Assembly: GCA_963817385.1 (NCBI GenBank)
Contig: CAWFOM010000005.1
Coordinates: 256,001 to 320,000 of the forward strand
Length of the DNA: 64,000 nt
Source of the DNA: an uncultured delta proteobacterium
GTDB taxonomy: Bacteria; Desulfobacterota; Syntrophia; Syntrophales; UBA5619
Direction of reading: 5' to 3'
Numbering within the stretch: the first letter of the stretch is position 1; every line of letters begins with the position of its first letter. Positions 1 to 9,246 of this stretch are shown here, in pieces. Made by a program: the position numbers and the translations under genes. The notes under the pieces are model-generated. The model did no database searches, was not told where the DNA came from, and saw only the letters and a program-made list of their open reading frames with translations.

Positions 1-1280
1 CTCCGGTTCGCGAAAATTTGTCGGCGTTTCTCCTGAGGATCGGCAGGAGATCCATGAAACTCAGCCGATCGCTCATCAACAGGGGAATGGAATCAGCGAC
101 GGGGATCTGCTTCTTCAGCAGCATCGACATCAGACCGGCCTTCTGGGTATGGCCGACCAGGATCGCCCCGATGAGTTTCCCATTTCTCAGGACCAGCTTC
201 TTATAGACATCCTTCGTCCTCACCCGGATCTCCCGGAATTCGTCATCGTCGGAGGTCATCGCGCAGGATTCGGCATGGGTCACCCCCATAGAGATGGCGG
301 GGATCCCGATGAAGTTGCCGATGGAGTTGCGCCGGTAGGAACCGGGATACGCCGTCTTCTTGCCGGCCATGTTGAACCCGGCGATGCGGCCCTGCTCGAA
401 GGCGCAGGGCCAGATGGCGTTGAGGAACCAGGTGTTCCGAGCGATGTCGTGGGTCTCCGCGGCATCGCCGGCGGCATAGACGTCCGGGGCGCTGGTCGCC
501 ATGAATTCATCGACCCGGATCCCCTTCATGTCGCCGATCGTGAGTTTCGCCTGGACGGCCAGATCGATCCGCCGGACGGACACCCACCGACAGGACGACC
601 ATGTCGCAGGGAAGCTCGCGGTTGTCGGTCACGACACCCGTGACGCGCTTGTCACCCTTGAACTTCAGGGCCTTCTCCCCGGTGATTACCTCGATCCCGA
701 GGTCCTCGATCCGCTTGCGGACGATCTCGGCCGCCTCCGCATCGAAGACGGTCGGCATCACCTGGCCGAGCTGTTCCAGAAGGGTTGCCTTGATCCCCCG
801 CCGGGTCAGGCTGATGCAGGCCTCGACGCCGATGGAGCCGGCGCCGATGACGACAGCCCGTTTCCCCTTCATGTTGTAGATCTTCTCCGCATCGGCCATG
901 GTCTTCAGGGTAGAGATCCCCTCTTTGTCGATCCCCGGAATGGGCGGGACGATCGCCTTGCCGCCCGTGGCGAGCAGGAGCTTGTCGAAGGTGTATTTCT
1001 TCCCATCGGATGCCTTGACGGTCTTGGCGGTGGGGTTCAGATCGGTGACCTTCACCCCCATGTGGGGGGTCACCTTGTTCTCTTCAAAGAAATCGGACGT
1101 CCTGAAATTGAGCAACGGCTTGGAAAGCTCCTCCGCAACGTAGTACGGCAGGAGGACTCTCGAAAAGAGGGGGGTCTCTTCATCGCTGAACAGGTCGATC
1201 TGGGAATCTTTATCCAGTGACCGGATGGATTCGACGGCACTGATCGCCGCGGCGCTCCCTCCTACAATGATGTATCGCAT
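1..1280 (-). CDS. NAD(P)/FAD-dependent oxidoreductase (NirB/rubredoxin-reductase-like); frameshift near 570; 3' end runs off the window
   Basis: N-terminal IIVGGSAAA, LLLATGG and second dinucleotide motif VIGAGSIG. After the frameshift the reading continues as TSAPDVYAAGDAAE...AFEQGRIAGFNMAG to the window edge. Confidence 0.85.
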
Positions 1281-1339
1281 CTTCTTCTCCTTCCTTCATT
1301 TTCTCAATGAATGGGACAATCCCGCTGACCGGCAGGATT

Positions 1340-1987
1340 TCAGTACAGGCTGTGCACCGAATAGAGGGGGAGCAGCTCCTTGAAGAGCTGAATGCCCCGG
1401 GTCACATTGTAGTTGCCGCAGGAACAGCACTCCGCCATTTCGAGGCAGCACTCCTCGATCGTTCTGCGCCCCCGTTTCACGTCGCGGACCATCTTGCGAA
1501 CCAGATCCGAGGCGATCATCGCGTGACCGCACATAGTGACCGTCTGGAGGATCTCGAAATCGGGAAGCCGGCTCGTGTTGCCCCAGGTGCCGAGGGAGTA
1601 TTCGAGGGAGTGAATCCGGCCCAGCCCCGCCTCCGTCATGCACTGCTGGACGATATCGGGAATGCCCGAGATGATGACCGAGATGCCGGGCCGGTCATCC
1701 TTGAGCTCCTTCAGGAGGGAGACGATCTTCTCCCGGTTGTCGAAGGTGCACTCGACGATCGTCCCGTCCGTCACGCGGCTCAGGATATCGTCCATCGTCG
1801 TATTGTAGATGTTGCCGGTTTTCATATCGCCCAGGTTGATCGGGCCGTGCTTGTAGCAGATGCTCAGGAACTTCTTGGTCTTGGGCGCCGAACCCTTCTT
1901 GTTGACGCCGGTCGCCGGACAGCCCAGGACGACAAAATCGTTGCTCAGGCTCTCCCGGGTTCCCCTGCGGTGCAGACTGTGTGTCAT
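1340..1987 (-). CDS. conserved hypothetical Cys-rich protein (possible metal/Fe-S binding)
   Basis: 215-aa ORF with AGGAGG RBS; TMCGH and CCSCGNYN motifs; 12 bp downstream of the 4Fe-4S gene. Confidence 0.75.
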   Translation of the reverse strand: MTHSLHRRGTRESLSNDFVVLGCPATGVNKKGSAPKTKKFLSICYKHGPINLGDMKTGNIYNTTMDDILSRVTDGTIVECTFDNREKIVSLLKELKDDRPGISVIISGIPDIVQQCMTEAGLGRIHSLEYSLGTWGNTSRLPDFEILQTVTMCGHAMIASDLVRKMVRDVKRGRRTIEECCLEMAECCSCGNYNVTRGIQLFKELLPLYSVHSLY

Positions 1988-1999
1988 GATACTCCTCCT

Positions 2000-2761
2000 T
2001 TACTGTTCTTCATCGGTGAACGTGAAGTGCGGTTCGCCCAATCCCATGTTGTTCTTGCTGTTGATGGAGTGCCACATGCCCAGCTTCTCGAAGACCGGGA
2101 CGATGGGGACTTCTCCCTTCGGCGGGACCTTCGTGATTACTTCCACGGTGAAGACCGTATCGAGCGTCTTGGCCACATCCTGGAGGATCTTGAGGACCTC
2201 GGGCAGCCTCTCCAGCTTGCACTTCCCCTCGATGATGGCCGAGGTCGCCTTTTCGTTGACCACGTCGTCGCGGAGTTTTCCCGTGGTCTTGTCGGACATG
2301 AAGTGGGTCACCGGGTTTTCCGCCGCCAGTTGATACCCGAGATCGGCCTTCATCAGCGCCATGGCCACGGTCTCGACATCCCGGAAATAGGCGCCCACCC
2401 CGGGGCGTCCCAGTTCGATGCCGACGCCCACCTCGCCGGGGAGGAAGGTGCCCTTGACGTCGTTCGTCTTCATCTCCTCCGTCCCGCGGCCGGGCGTCTG
2501 CGATCCCATGAACTCGATCATGGGATTGCTCAGAACGCCGCGCACCTCGCGGGGCCAGGGTTCTTCCGGTTGGAAAAGGGCATTCACCGGACAGATTTTG
2601 GCCCGCAGACACATCCCGCAGTCGGTGCAGGCGTCCTGGTCGATCTCGATATAGACCCTGCCGGGGATTGTGTCGTGCCTCTCGTACGTCTGGATTCTGC
2701 CCATCGGGCAATAGGGGAAACATCTCTTGCATGCTATGCACTTGTCCTTATCTGCTCTCAT
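2000..2761 (-). CDS. 4Fe-4S dicluster domain protein with uncharacterised C-terminal domain
   Basis: CIACKRCFPYCP and CTDCGMCLRAKICP ferredoxin motifs; GAGGAGG RBS. Confidence 0.85.
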   Translation of the reverse strand: MRADKDKCIACKRCFPYCPMGRIQTYERHDTIPGRVYIEIDQDACTDCGMCLRAKICPVNALFQPEEPWPREVRGVLSNPMIEFMGSQTPGRGTEEMKTNDVKGTFLPGEVGVGIELGRPGVGAYFRDVETVAMALMKADLGYQLAAENPVTHFMSDKTTGKLRDDVVNEKATSAIIEGKCKLERLPEVLKILQDVAKTLDTVFTVEVITKVPPKGEVPIVPVFEKLGMWHSINSKNNMGLGEPHFTFTDEEQ

Positions 2762-2838
2762 ACAACCTCCTCATTTGTGTCGCGTAATATCATGCGCACG
2801 GACTTCGGCCGGAGAAACCGGACCGGACCCGGGTCTCC

Positions 2839-3519
2839 CTACATCACCTCGCGGTTGGTCTGCAGCGCGTCCTCCTTGGATTGCCGGATATGAATCCGCA
2901 TCACCCGTTCACAGAGATCCGGGTCTTTGAGCTTCAATGACAGGAGAATCTGGCGGTGGCCGTCGCTGGCCCTTTTGGCCGCGCCGAGGTATTGGAGCGT
3001 ATCTTTCCGATATCTCAGGACGTATTTTCTCATATTGACGATCATGCTGTGGAAACGGCGCTTGTCCGCAACCAGGCTGTGCAGGGTGTCGTGAAACTGG
3101 GTGTTCCACTGAAATACCTCTTCGATCCTCTTGCGCTTCAGGGCGTCATCCGCCTTATTGACGATCCCTTCGAGCATCGCAATCTGCTCTTCGGTGATCC
3201 GCTCGCAGATGATCTTGAGGGTGTATCCTTCCAGGACCGTCCGGAGTTCGAAGAGGTCCTCGATCTCCTCCGCGGAATCGCGGGGAATGCAGAACCCCCG
3301 GGATTCCAGGGGTTCGATCAATCCGTCCTGTTCGAGTTTGTGGAGGGCCTCCCGCACCGGCGTGCGGCTGACCCCGAGTTCCTCGGCGAGATGCTCCTCC
3401 GTAAGGCGTTCGCCGGAGGTAAAGCGCCCGGAAAAGATGCCGGATTTGAGATGCTCGTAGGTTTTCTCCCGGACGGAGACACCATTCTTTCTGGTCTTGC
3501 AGGATGCACTTGCCTTCAT
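2839..3519 (-). CDS. GntR family transcriptional regulator (FCD domain)
   Basis: LAEELGVSRTPVREALHKLEQDGL winged HTH; NTQFH in the FCD domain; start set at MKASA. Confidence 0.9.
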   Translation of the reverse strand: MKASASCKTRKNGVSVREKTYEHLKSGIFSGRFTSGERLTEEHLAEELGVSRTPVREALHKLEQDGLIEPLESRGFCIPRDSAEEIEDLFELRTVLEGYTLKIICERITEEQIAMLEGIVNKADDALKRKRIEEVFQWNTQFHDTLHSLVADKRRFHSMIVNMRKYVLRYRKDTLQYLGAAKRASDGHRQILLSLKLKDPDLCERVMRIHIRQSKEDALQTNREVM

Positions 3520-3698
3520 GATTGTATCCAAAAGTGGCGGTTTAACGAGCTGTAAGTTCCTCCTATTATATCTTAAACCGCTTGTCAAGATAATTTGTTG
3601 GCAAGTAATCATCATAATTTCATTAAAGATTAATCATTGCAGATGTTCTCCGTCATCCCGAGAAACGGATATGGCCGAATCTCTCGTCCCTGCATTTC

Positions 3699-3724
3699 TG
3701 GATACATTATTCCCCTTGTATCCA
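3699..3724. promoter_or_regulatory. inverted repeat TGGATACA-N10-TGTATCCA, candidate GntR operator; further half-site at 3523-3530
   Basis: Perfect 8-bp inverted repeat in the divergent gntR/ferredoxin intergenic region. Confidence 0.45.
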
Positions 3725-3811
3725 TTATTCTCTTATGGTAAAAGTTCCCGGAACGGGGAGGATAATGTGCGCCTCCCGTATTTATCAGCGGAAAGGAGCG
3801 TTCCCATCTCA

Positions 3812-4090
3812 ATGGCTTTCAAGGTCAGCGTGGACAGAAAAAAATGTAACGGCTGCGAGGAATGCCTGGAGGTCTGCACGGCAGGCATGTTTCAGATGAA
3901 AAGCGGCAAGGCGGTGCCGGCGAATGATGGGGAATGCCTGGGCTGCGAAACCTGCATCGCAGTGTGTGACAGCCAAGCCATCGCGGTGACCGATACGCGG
4001 GTCGCACTATCGAACACCTGCCGGAGTCTTCTCAGGGCGCTGGATGAAATGGAAACGGAAACGGAAAGCCGCCCGACCGGCGGCCGTTAA
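3812..4090 (+). CDS. 2x[4Fe-4S] ferredoxin
   Basis: CNGCEECLEVC and CLGCETCIAVC motifs; AAGGAG upstream of ATG 3812. Confidence 0.85.
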   Translation: MAFKVSVDRKKCNGCEECLEVCTAGMFQMKSGKAVPANDGECLGCETCIAVCDSQAIAVTDTRVALSNTCRSLLRALDEMETETESRPTGGR

Positions 4091-4108
4091 GAGATAAGGA
4101 GGGAAATC

Positions 4109-5765
4109 ATGCGTTCCGATGGTATGAAAAAAGGACTGGAAAGGGCCCCGCACCGCTCGCTGTTCAAGGCGCTGGGACTGACGGATCGCGAGATCGAGCG
4201 GCCGATGATCGGCATCGCCAATTCCGCCAATGAAATCATCCCCGGCCATCTCCATCTGCACCAGATCTCCGAGGCGGTCAAGGCCGGCATCCGAATGGCG
4301 GGAGGAACGCCCATCGAGTTTTCCACAATCGGGGTCTGCGACGGCATCGTCATGGGACATGAAGGAATGAAATATTCGCTGAGCTCCCGGGAACTGATCG
4401 CCGACTCGGTCGAATCCATGGTCATGGCCCACCCGTTCGACGGCCTGGTCCTCATCCCCAACTGCGACAAGATCGTCCCCGGGATGCTGATGGCCGCGGC
4501 GCGCCTCGACATCCCCTCGATCGTGATCAGCGGCGGGCCCGATGCTGACCGGCGAGTTCCAGGGGCGGAAGATCGACCTGATCACCGTCTTCGAATACGT
4601 CGGCAAGGCCAGGATCGGGGAGATGACGATGGATGAGCTCCGGGAGGCGGAGGGGTGCGCCTGTCCGGGGGTCGGTTCCTGCGCGGGGATGTTCACCGCC
4701 AACTCCATGAACTGTCTCACGGAGGCCCTGGGGATGGCGCTCCCCTACAACGGAACCATCCCGGCCGTCTGGGCGGAGCGGATCCGCCTGGCGAAGGAGA
4801 CGGGGATGCAGATCATGGAGCTGGTGAATCGGGACCTCAGGCCTTCCGCGATCCTGACCGCCGAGACGTTCGCAAACGCCCTCACCGTGGATCTGGCCTT
4901 CGGGGGTTCGACCAACACCTCGCTCCACCTGCCGGCCATCGCCAAGGAGGCGGGCGTGCCGCTTACCCTCAATACGTTCAACGCCTTCAGCGACAAAACC
5001 CCGCACCTCTGCTTCATGTCCCCCGGCGGACCCCATCACCTCTCGGATCTCCACCAGGCAGGCGGCATTCCCGCCCTCATGCAGGAGCTCTCCCGCGGCG
5101 GCCTGATCAACGCGGGGGCGCAGACGGTCACGGGAAAGACGGTCGGTGAAAACCTCGCCGGGAAGCGTGTCATGAACCCCGAGGTGATCCACCCCCTGGA
5201 GAATCCCTACCACGCGACGGGCGGCCTGGCCGTCCTCTTCGGAAACCTCGCCCCCGAAGGCGCCGTCGTCAAGCGCTCCGCCGTGGACGATGACATGCTT
5301 AAGCACACGGGGCCGGCCCGCGTCTTCGACGCGGAGGAGCCGGCCATGCAGGCCATCATGGATGGAAAGATCAACAAAGGGGATGTCGTCGTCATCCGGT
5401 ATGAAGGGCCGAAGGGCGGCCCCGGCATGCGGGAGATGCTCTCTCCGACCTCCGCCATCGTCGGCATCGGCCGGGACCGGGACGTTGCACTCCTCACGGA
5501 CGGCCGCTTCTCGGGCGGCAGCCGCGGCGCGGCGATCGGCCACATCTCCCCGGAGGCGGCCGAAGGGGGCCCCATCGCCGCGGTCCGGGAAGGCGACCGG
5601 ATCGAGATCGACATCCCCGCAAAAAAACTGAATCTCCTTATCTCCGAAGACGAGATGAAGAAGCGTCTCGCCCTCTGGAAGCCGGTCAAGAGAGAGCTGA
5701 AGGGCTACCTGAAACGGTATGCCCAACTCGTCCGCTCCGCCCACACCGGGGCAACGTTCGAGTAA
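4109..5765 (+). CDS. ilvD: dihydroxy-acid dehydratase (frameshift near 4535)
   Basis: [41 protein letters not shown] and TDGRFSG motifs across two ORFs. Confidence 0.92.
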
Positions 5766-6248
5766 CGGCTTTTCCGTCACGCAGCATCCCAACGGCGGAT
5801 GCAAAAACGGCATCACCACTGAAGCCTTCTGCGTATTTACCAGGGGGCTTCAGCGGGCGCTTATCAGTTCTTCCCTTACACCGCGGCGAAGTGTTGCTTC
5901 GAGCTCTTCCTGCTGGATCGCCTGTTAAGCGCCGCCTCGTTCCCGCCCACAAACACCAGATGTCTTTTTGAAATCAAGGCCGTACCTCTTCAGATTTAAT
6001 TACCGCTTTTTTCGTCCCAGGTGAATCGCATCAATCATTTCTGTTAGAATACATCGTGCAATTCAATTTAGGTTCATCCGGTGATGGGTGCTTCCGGAAC
6101 TCAATGATGGACGGATTTTGAGAATTATGCGAGAGTACAAACGGTAATTCCTGAAATACTGTGGCACCACCAGGAAGCCATGAGGTAAAAGGAGAAAACA
6201 AACTTCCGCCTATAGTATTGGAAGAACCCATATTTAATAGGGGGAACC

Positions 6249-9179
6249 ATGCAACCGGAAATCCAGACGATCGAAGCCCGCAGCCGGCGGGAACGCGAAT
6301 GGAAAAAGAAAGAAGTCCGCCACCTGCTGGAAGACCTCTACCGCATCGAACTCAACACGGTCGGCAAAATAATCGACACCTTTTTCGAACATGATTTCCT
6401 GCCTAATTGGTATTTCCATTCGAATCGTGCCGAGGATGTGGCAAGCGACCTGTTCATCGTCAGCCAACTCCTCTCCGCCAAGGATGAATACCTTACACAC
6501 ACGAGCCTCGACGGCAAAAAGATCACCTACTTTCTGAACATTGGTCGTGATTTTCCCGGAAAGCTCAAGACCATTCTCGGCCAGAATCGCCAGATCGACG
6601 TTGTCTCCTACGATTCGATGAAAACCCGTTCGGGAATCCGGATGATCACCATCGAAAAGGCCGGCGCAGAACGGATCCCCATGAGCTGGGACGAGGAAGC
6701 CGCCGCGGCGAGGCTGTTGGCCGAGCTCCGCCAGCGGGCAGCTGCCCTTGGCCATCGTCGCATCGAGGAATTCATCGCCGCGCTGCCGATGAACTACCTC
6801 AACGAAGAGGTCAACAGCTTTGCCGTCCCTCGCCGCATCTTCCGGCATGGCCTCATTTTCGAGAATGTCCGCGCCGGCGGTGGGTTCTATGTCGGCAGGG
6901 AGAGCACCGAGGGAGAAAAGGGCGAGGCGTGCGAACGGCTCTCCGCGCGCGAGACCCGCTTCCACCTCGGCGTCGAGGACCCCGACATAGACTTCATCCT
7001 GGAGGTGTTCGAGGCGCTGCGCAGCCTCGACATCAACATGAACCGTTCCTACTACGACCGGTTCACACCCCCCCCGGGCGGAGGCGGGGCGACCGTGGGG
7101 ATCATGACCTTCTATCTTGATTCTTGCGTGGACTCCACCCCGCTGGAAAAGATCCTGGCTGGGATGGTAAAGCGGGGAGGAGGAGGCCGAGCAGAGGGCG
7201 ACCGGCTTCTGGCCGACCTCGAATCGATCTTGCGCGGCCTGAGCCGGTGTGATCTCTCCCCGGTGGAGACCTCTGGCCTGCTCGCGCGCCTGCGAGCCTA
7301 CACTGACGTCAACGCCGACACTCGGAACACGGCCGAATTCGGGAACTTCCTCCTCAACGCACTGAGCGACTTCCTGGAGGCGGCCGATTCGCTCGGCGTG
7401 TCGGACAACCCGCGCATCATGAGGCGCTTGCTCGGATTCGACGCCTTCGAGGAGTTCTGGGTGGATACCAAGCGCGGCCAGCGAACTGCGGTCACCGAGG
7501 GCTTCCGGATGCGGCACAACTCCGCCCGCGGGACGGCCAAGGGCGGTCTGCGGATCGATCCGATCGTCGAGTTCTCCGAGGTGGCGGCCCTCGCCTTCAT
7601 GATGACCTGGAAATGCGCCCGCTCGAAGGTCCCGTTCGGCGGCGGAAAGGGCGGTCTCAAGCTCAACCCGCGCGACTTCGGCGACGCCCGTCTCGATTAT
7701 TCCGACACCATCACCAACTTCGGACGCTCCCTCTTCCTGGTGACCGGCCCAACCCGCGACGTCCCGGCCGGCGACGTGGGCTGCGGTCCACAGGAAATCG
7801 GCCTGCTCTTCGAGGGATTCAAGTCGGCCCTGCACGATCTCGCCATGATCGCCTATGGGTTGAAGAAAAACGTCGCCTTTCTGGGCAACAAGGTGCTCAC
7901 CCTTGCCGACGCCCGCGCCGTCCTGAGCGGAAACTTCGACGTGGACTGGCATGACGAGCGCATCCTGCGGGAGCTAGCGATGAACGAGGACTATCTCGAG
8001 CGCGTTGTCGCGCCGCAAATCACGGGCAAGCCGCGCATGGGGATCCAGGCCCGGGGAGGCGCAACCGGACGCGGCCTGCGGTACGCCCTCCTGGCCGCAG
8101 TGACCCGGCTCTATCTGGACGGCCGCTGGAAACCGGTCGAGACGCCGACGGCCGGAGAGAGGCGTCTGCTGGAGAGTCTGGCCGATGTGAACGAGGCCGC
8201 TCTGCTTGCTGCGGCGGATCGCGAGGACGGTGTGGGGCCGATCCCTGATGAAGCCTGGCGGGCGCTCGAAGACGAGGTGTTTCCGAAGCTGCTCCGGGAC
8301 AAAAGGATCGTCGTGCAGGGGTCCGGCAAGGTCGGCGGCTCCTTCATCGAGGAGATGGCCCGGTATCCGGTGATCTTTGCGGCTGTGGCCGACCGCGACG
8401 GCGCCCTGCTCGGCCGCCTCGATCCGGCCGAGTTGCTCCGGGAAGCCCGGAGCGCCGGTTCCGTGTTCGGCTGTGAAAAGGGCGTCGAACGGCGCCTCCC
8501 CGGGGCCGAGGAAGGCAAGGCCGTGCTGGAGATCGACTGCGACATCCTGGTTCCCGCAGCCCTGGAGAACGCCATCAGTGCGGCCAACGCCGAGAAGGTC
8601 CGCGCAGTGCTGGTAGTCTGCGGCGCGAACGGTCCCAACACGACCAAGGCCGAGAAGATACTCCACCGGCGCGGCGTGACCGTCCTGTATGATTTCCTGG
8701 CCAACGGCGGCGGGGTGATCGCCTCCTATTTCGAGTGGCTCCGAAATTTGGCGGAACGGCGCCGCTACGAAGCCGAGACGATCCGGGGCGAACCGTTCAA
8801 GGTGGAGGATCTGACCCGTTTCGTGATGCCCGAATTCCGTCCCCGGATTCTCGCCATTCTGCGGGAACCCGAGTCCCCGGCGGTAACGGAGGCCTGGAAC
8901 ACTGTGCTGCGCGACATCATGATTGCCGCCGTGAACGAGGACTACAACGAGGCCGCCCGGGGAGGCGTTTCGCTCAAGACTGCCGGGTACGCTTCCGCCA
9001 TCCTGCGCGTCCTGGCCGCGGAGCTGCTGCGCGCGCCGAAATCCGACCGACCGGGATTGATCGCCGGGCTGAAACCGGAGACCCGCTGCCGTCTGGCGCG
9101 TTGTCTCCGCCATCCCGAGGCGGACTTGATTGACGCCGGCGCCGCGGAGCTGGCGGAACGGGTCGAGGAGGGACTGTAG
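6249..9179 (+). CDS. Glu/Leu/Phe/Val dehydrogenase family protein with long N-terminal extension
   Basis: HNSARGTAKGGLR, MTWK, PFGGGKGG, DVPAGDVG, ITGKP, VQGSGKVG, PAALEN, GANGP and LANGGGVIASYFEW motifs. Confidence 0.85.
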   Translation: MQPEIQTIEARSRREREWKKKEVRHLLEDLYRIELNTVGKIIDTFFEHDFLPNWYFHSNRAEDVASDLFIVSQLLSAKDEYLTHTSLDGKKITYFLNIGRDFPGKLKTILGQNRQIDVVSYDSMKTRSGIRMITIEKAGAERIPMSWDEEAAAARLLAELRQRAAALGHRRIEEFIAALPMNYLNEEVNSFAVPRRIFRHGLIFENVRAGGGFYVGRESTEGEKGEACERLSARETRFHLGVEDPDIDFILEVFEALRSLDINMNRSYYDRFTPPPGGGGATVGIMTFYLDSCVDSTPLEKILAGMVKRGGGGRAEGDRLLADLESILRGLSRCDLSPVETSGLLARLRAYTDVNADTRNTAEFGNFLLNALSDFLEAADSLGVSDNPRIMRRLLGFDAFEEFWVDTKRGQRTAVTEGFRMRHNSARGTAKGGLRIDPIVEFSEVAALAFMMTWKCARSKVPFGGGKGGLKLNPRDFGDARLDYSDTITNFGRSLFLVTGPTRDVPAGDVGCGPQEIGLLFEGFKSALHDLAMIAYGLKKNVAFLGNKVLTLADARAVLSGNFDVDWHDERILRELAMNEDYLERVVAPQITGKPRMGIQARGGATGRGLRYALLAAVTRLYLDGRWKPVETPTAGERRLLESLADVNEAALLAAADREDGVGPIPDEAWRALEDEVFPKLLRDKRIVVQGSGKVGGSFIEEMARYPVIFAAVADRDGALLGRLDPAELLREARSAGSVFGCEKGVERRLPGAEEGKAVLEIDCDILVPAALENAISAANAEKVRAVLVVCGANGPNTTKAEKILHRRGVTVLYDFLANGGGVIASYFEWLRNLAERRRYEAETIRGEPFKVEDLTRFVMPEFRPRILAILREPESPAVTEAWNTVLRDIMIAAVNEDYNEAARGGVSLKTAGYASAILRVLAAELLRAPKSDRPGLIAGLKPETRCRLARCLRHPEADLIDAGAAELAERVEEGL

Positions 9180-9246
9180 AGGCGGGCACAACGAATAAGG
9201 AAAAGTCTTTGAGAATAATGTTTTTCACGAGGGAGTTATATTTTTC

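Noticed and set aside
1304..1342. TGA stop of the 215-aa gene followed by hairpin AATCCTGC-CGGTCA-GCGGGATT as possible Sec read-through
   Set aside because: The loop is only about 9 nt from the UGA, closer than a typical bacterial SECIS, and there is no redox motif context
1307..2893. Long antisense ORFs (also 4527-5819, 6234-7952, 23980-25446, 53175-54500 and others)
   Set aside because: Shadow frames of well-supported genes in high-GC DNA, with no motifs
3560..3590. TTGACA...TATAAT on the minus strand upstream of gntR as a sigma-70 promoter
   Set aside because: The spacing is only 12 bp, not 16-18
5766..6248. Structured-looking intergenic region after ilvD (CTGAAGCC...GGCTTCAG stem) as an ncRNA or riboswitch
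   Set aside because: No Rfam family signature that I recognise; an Infernal search would be needed
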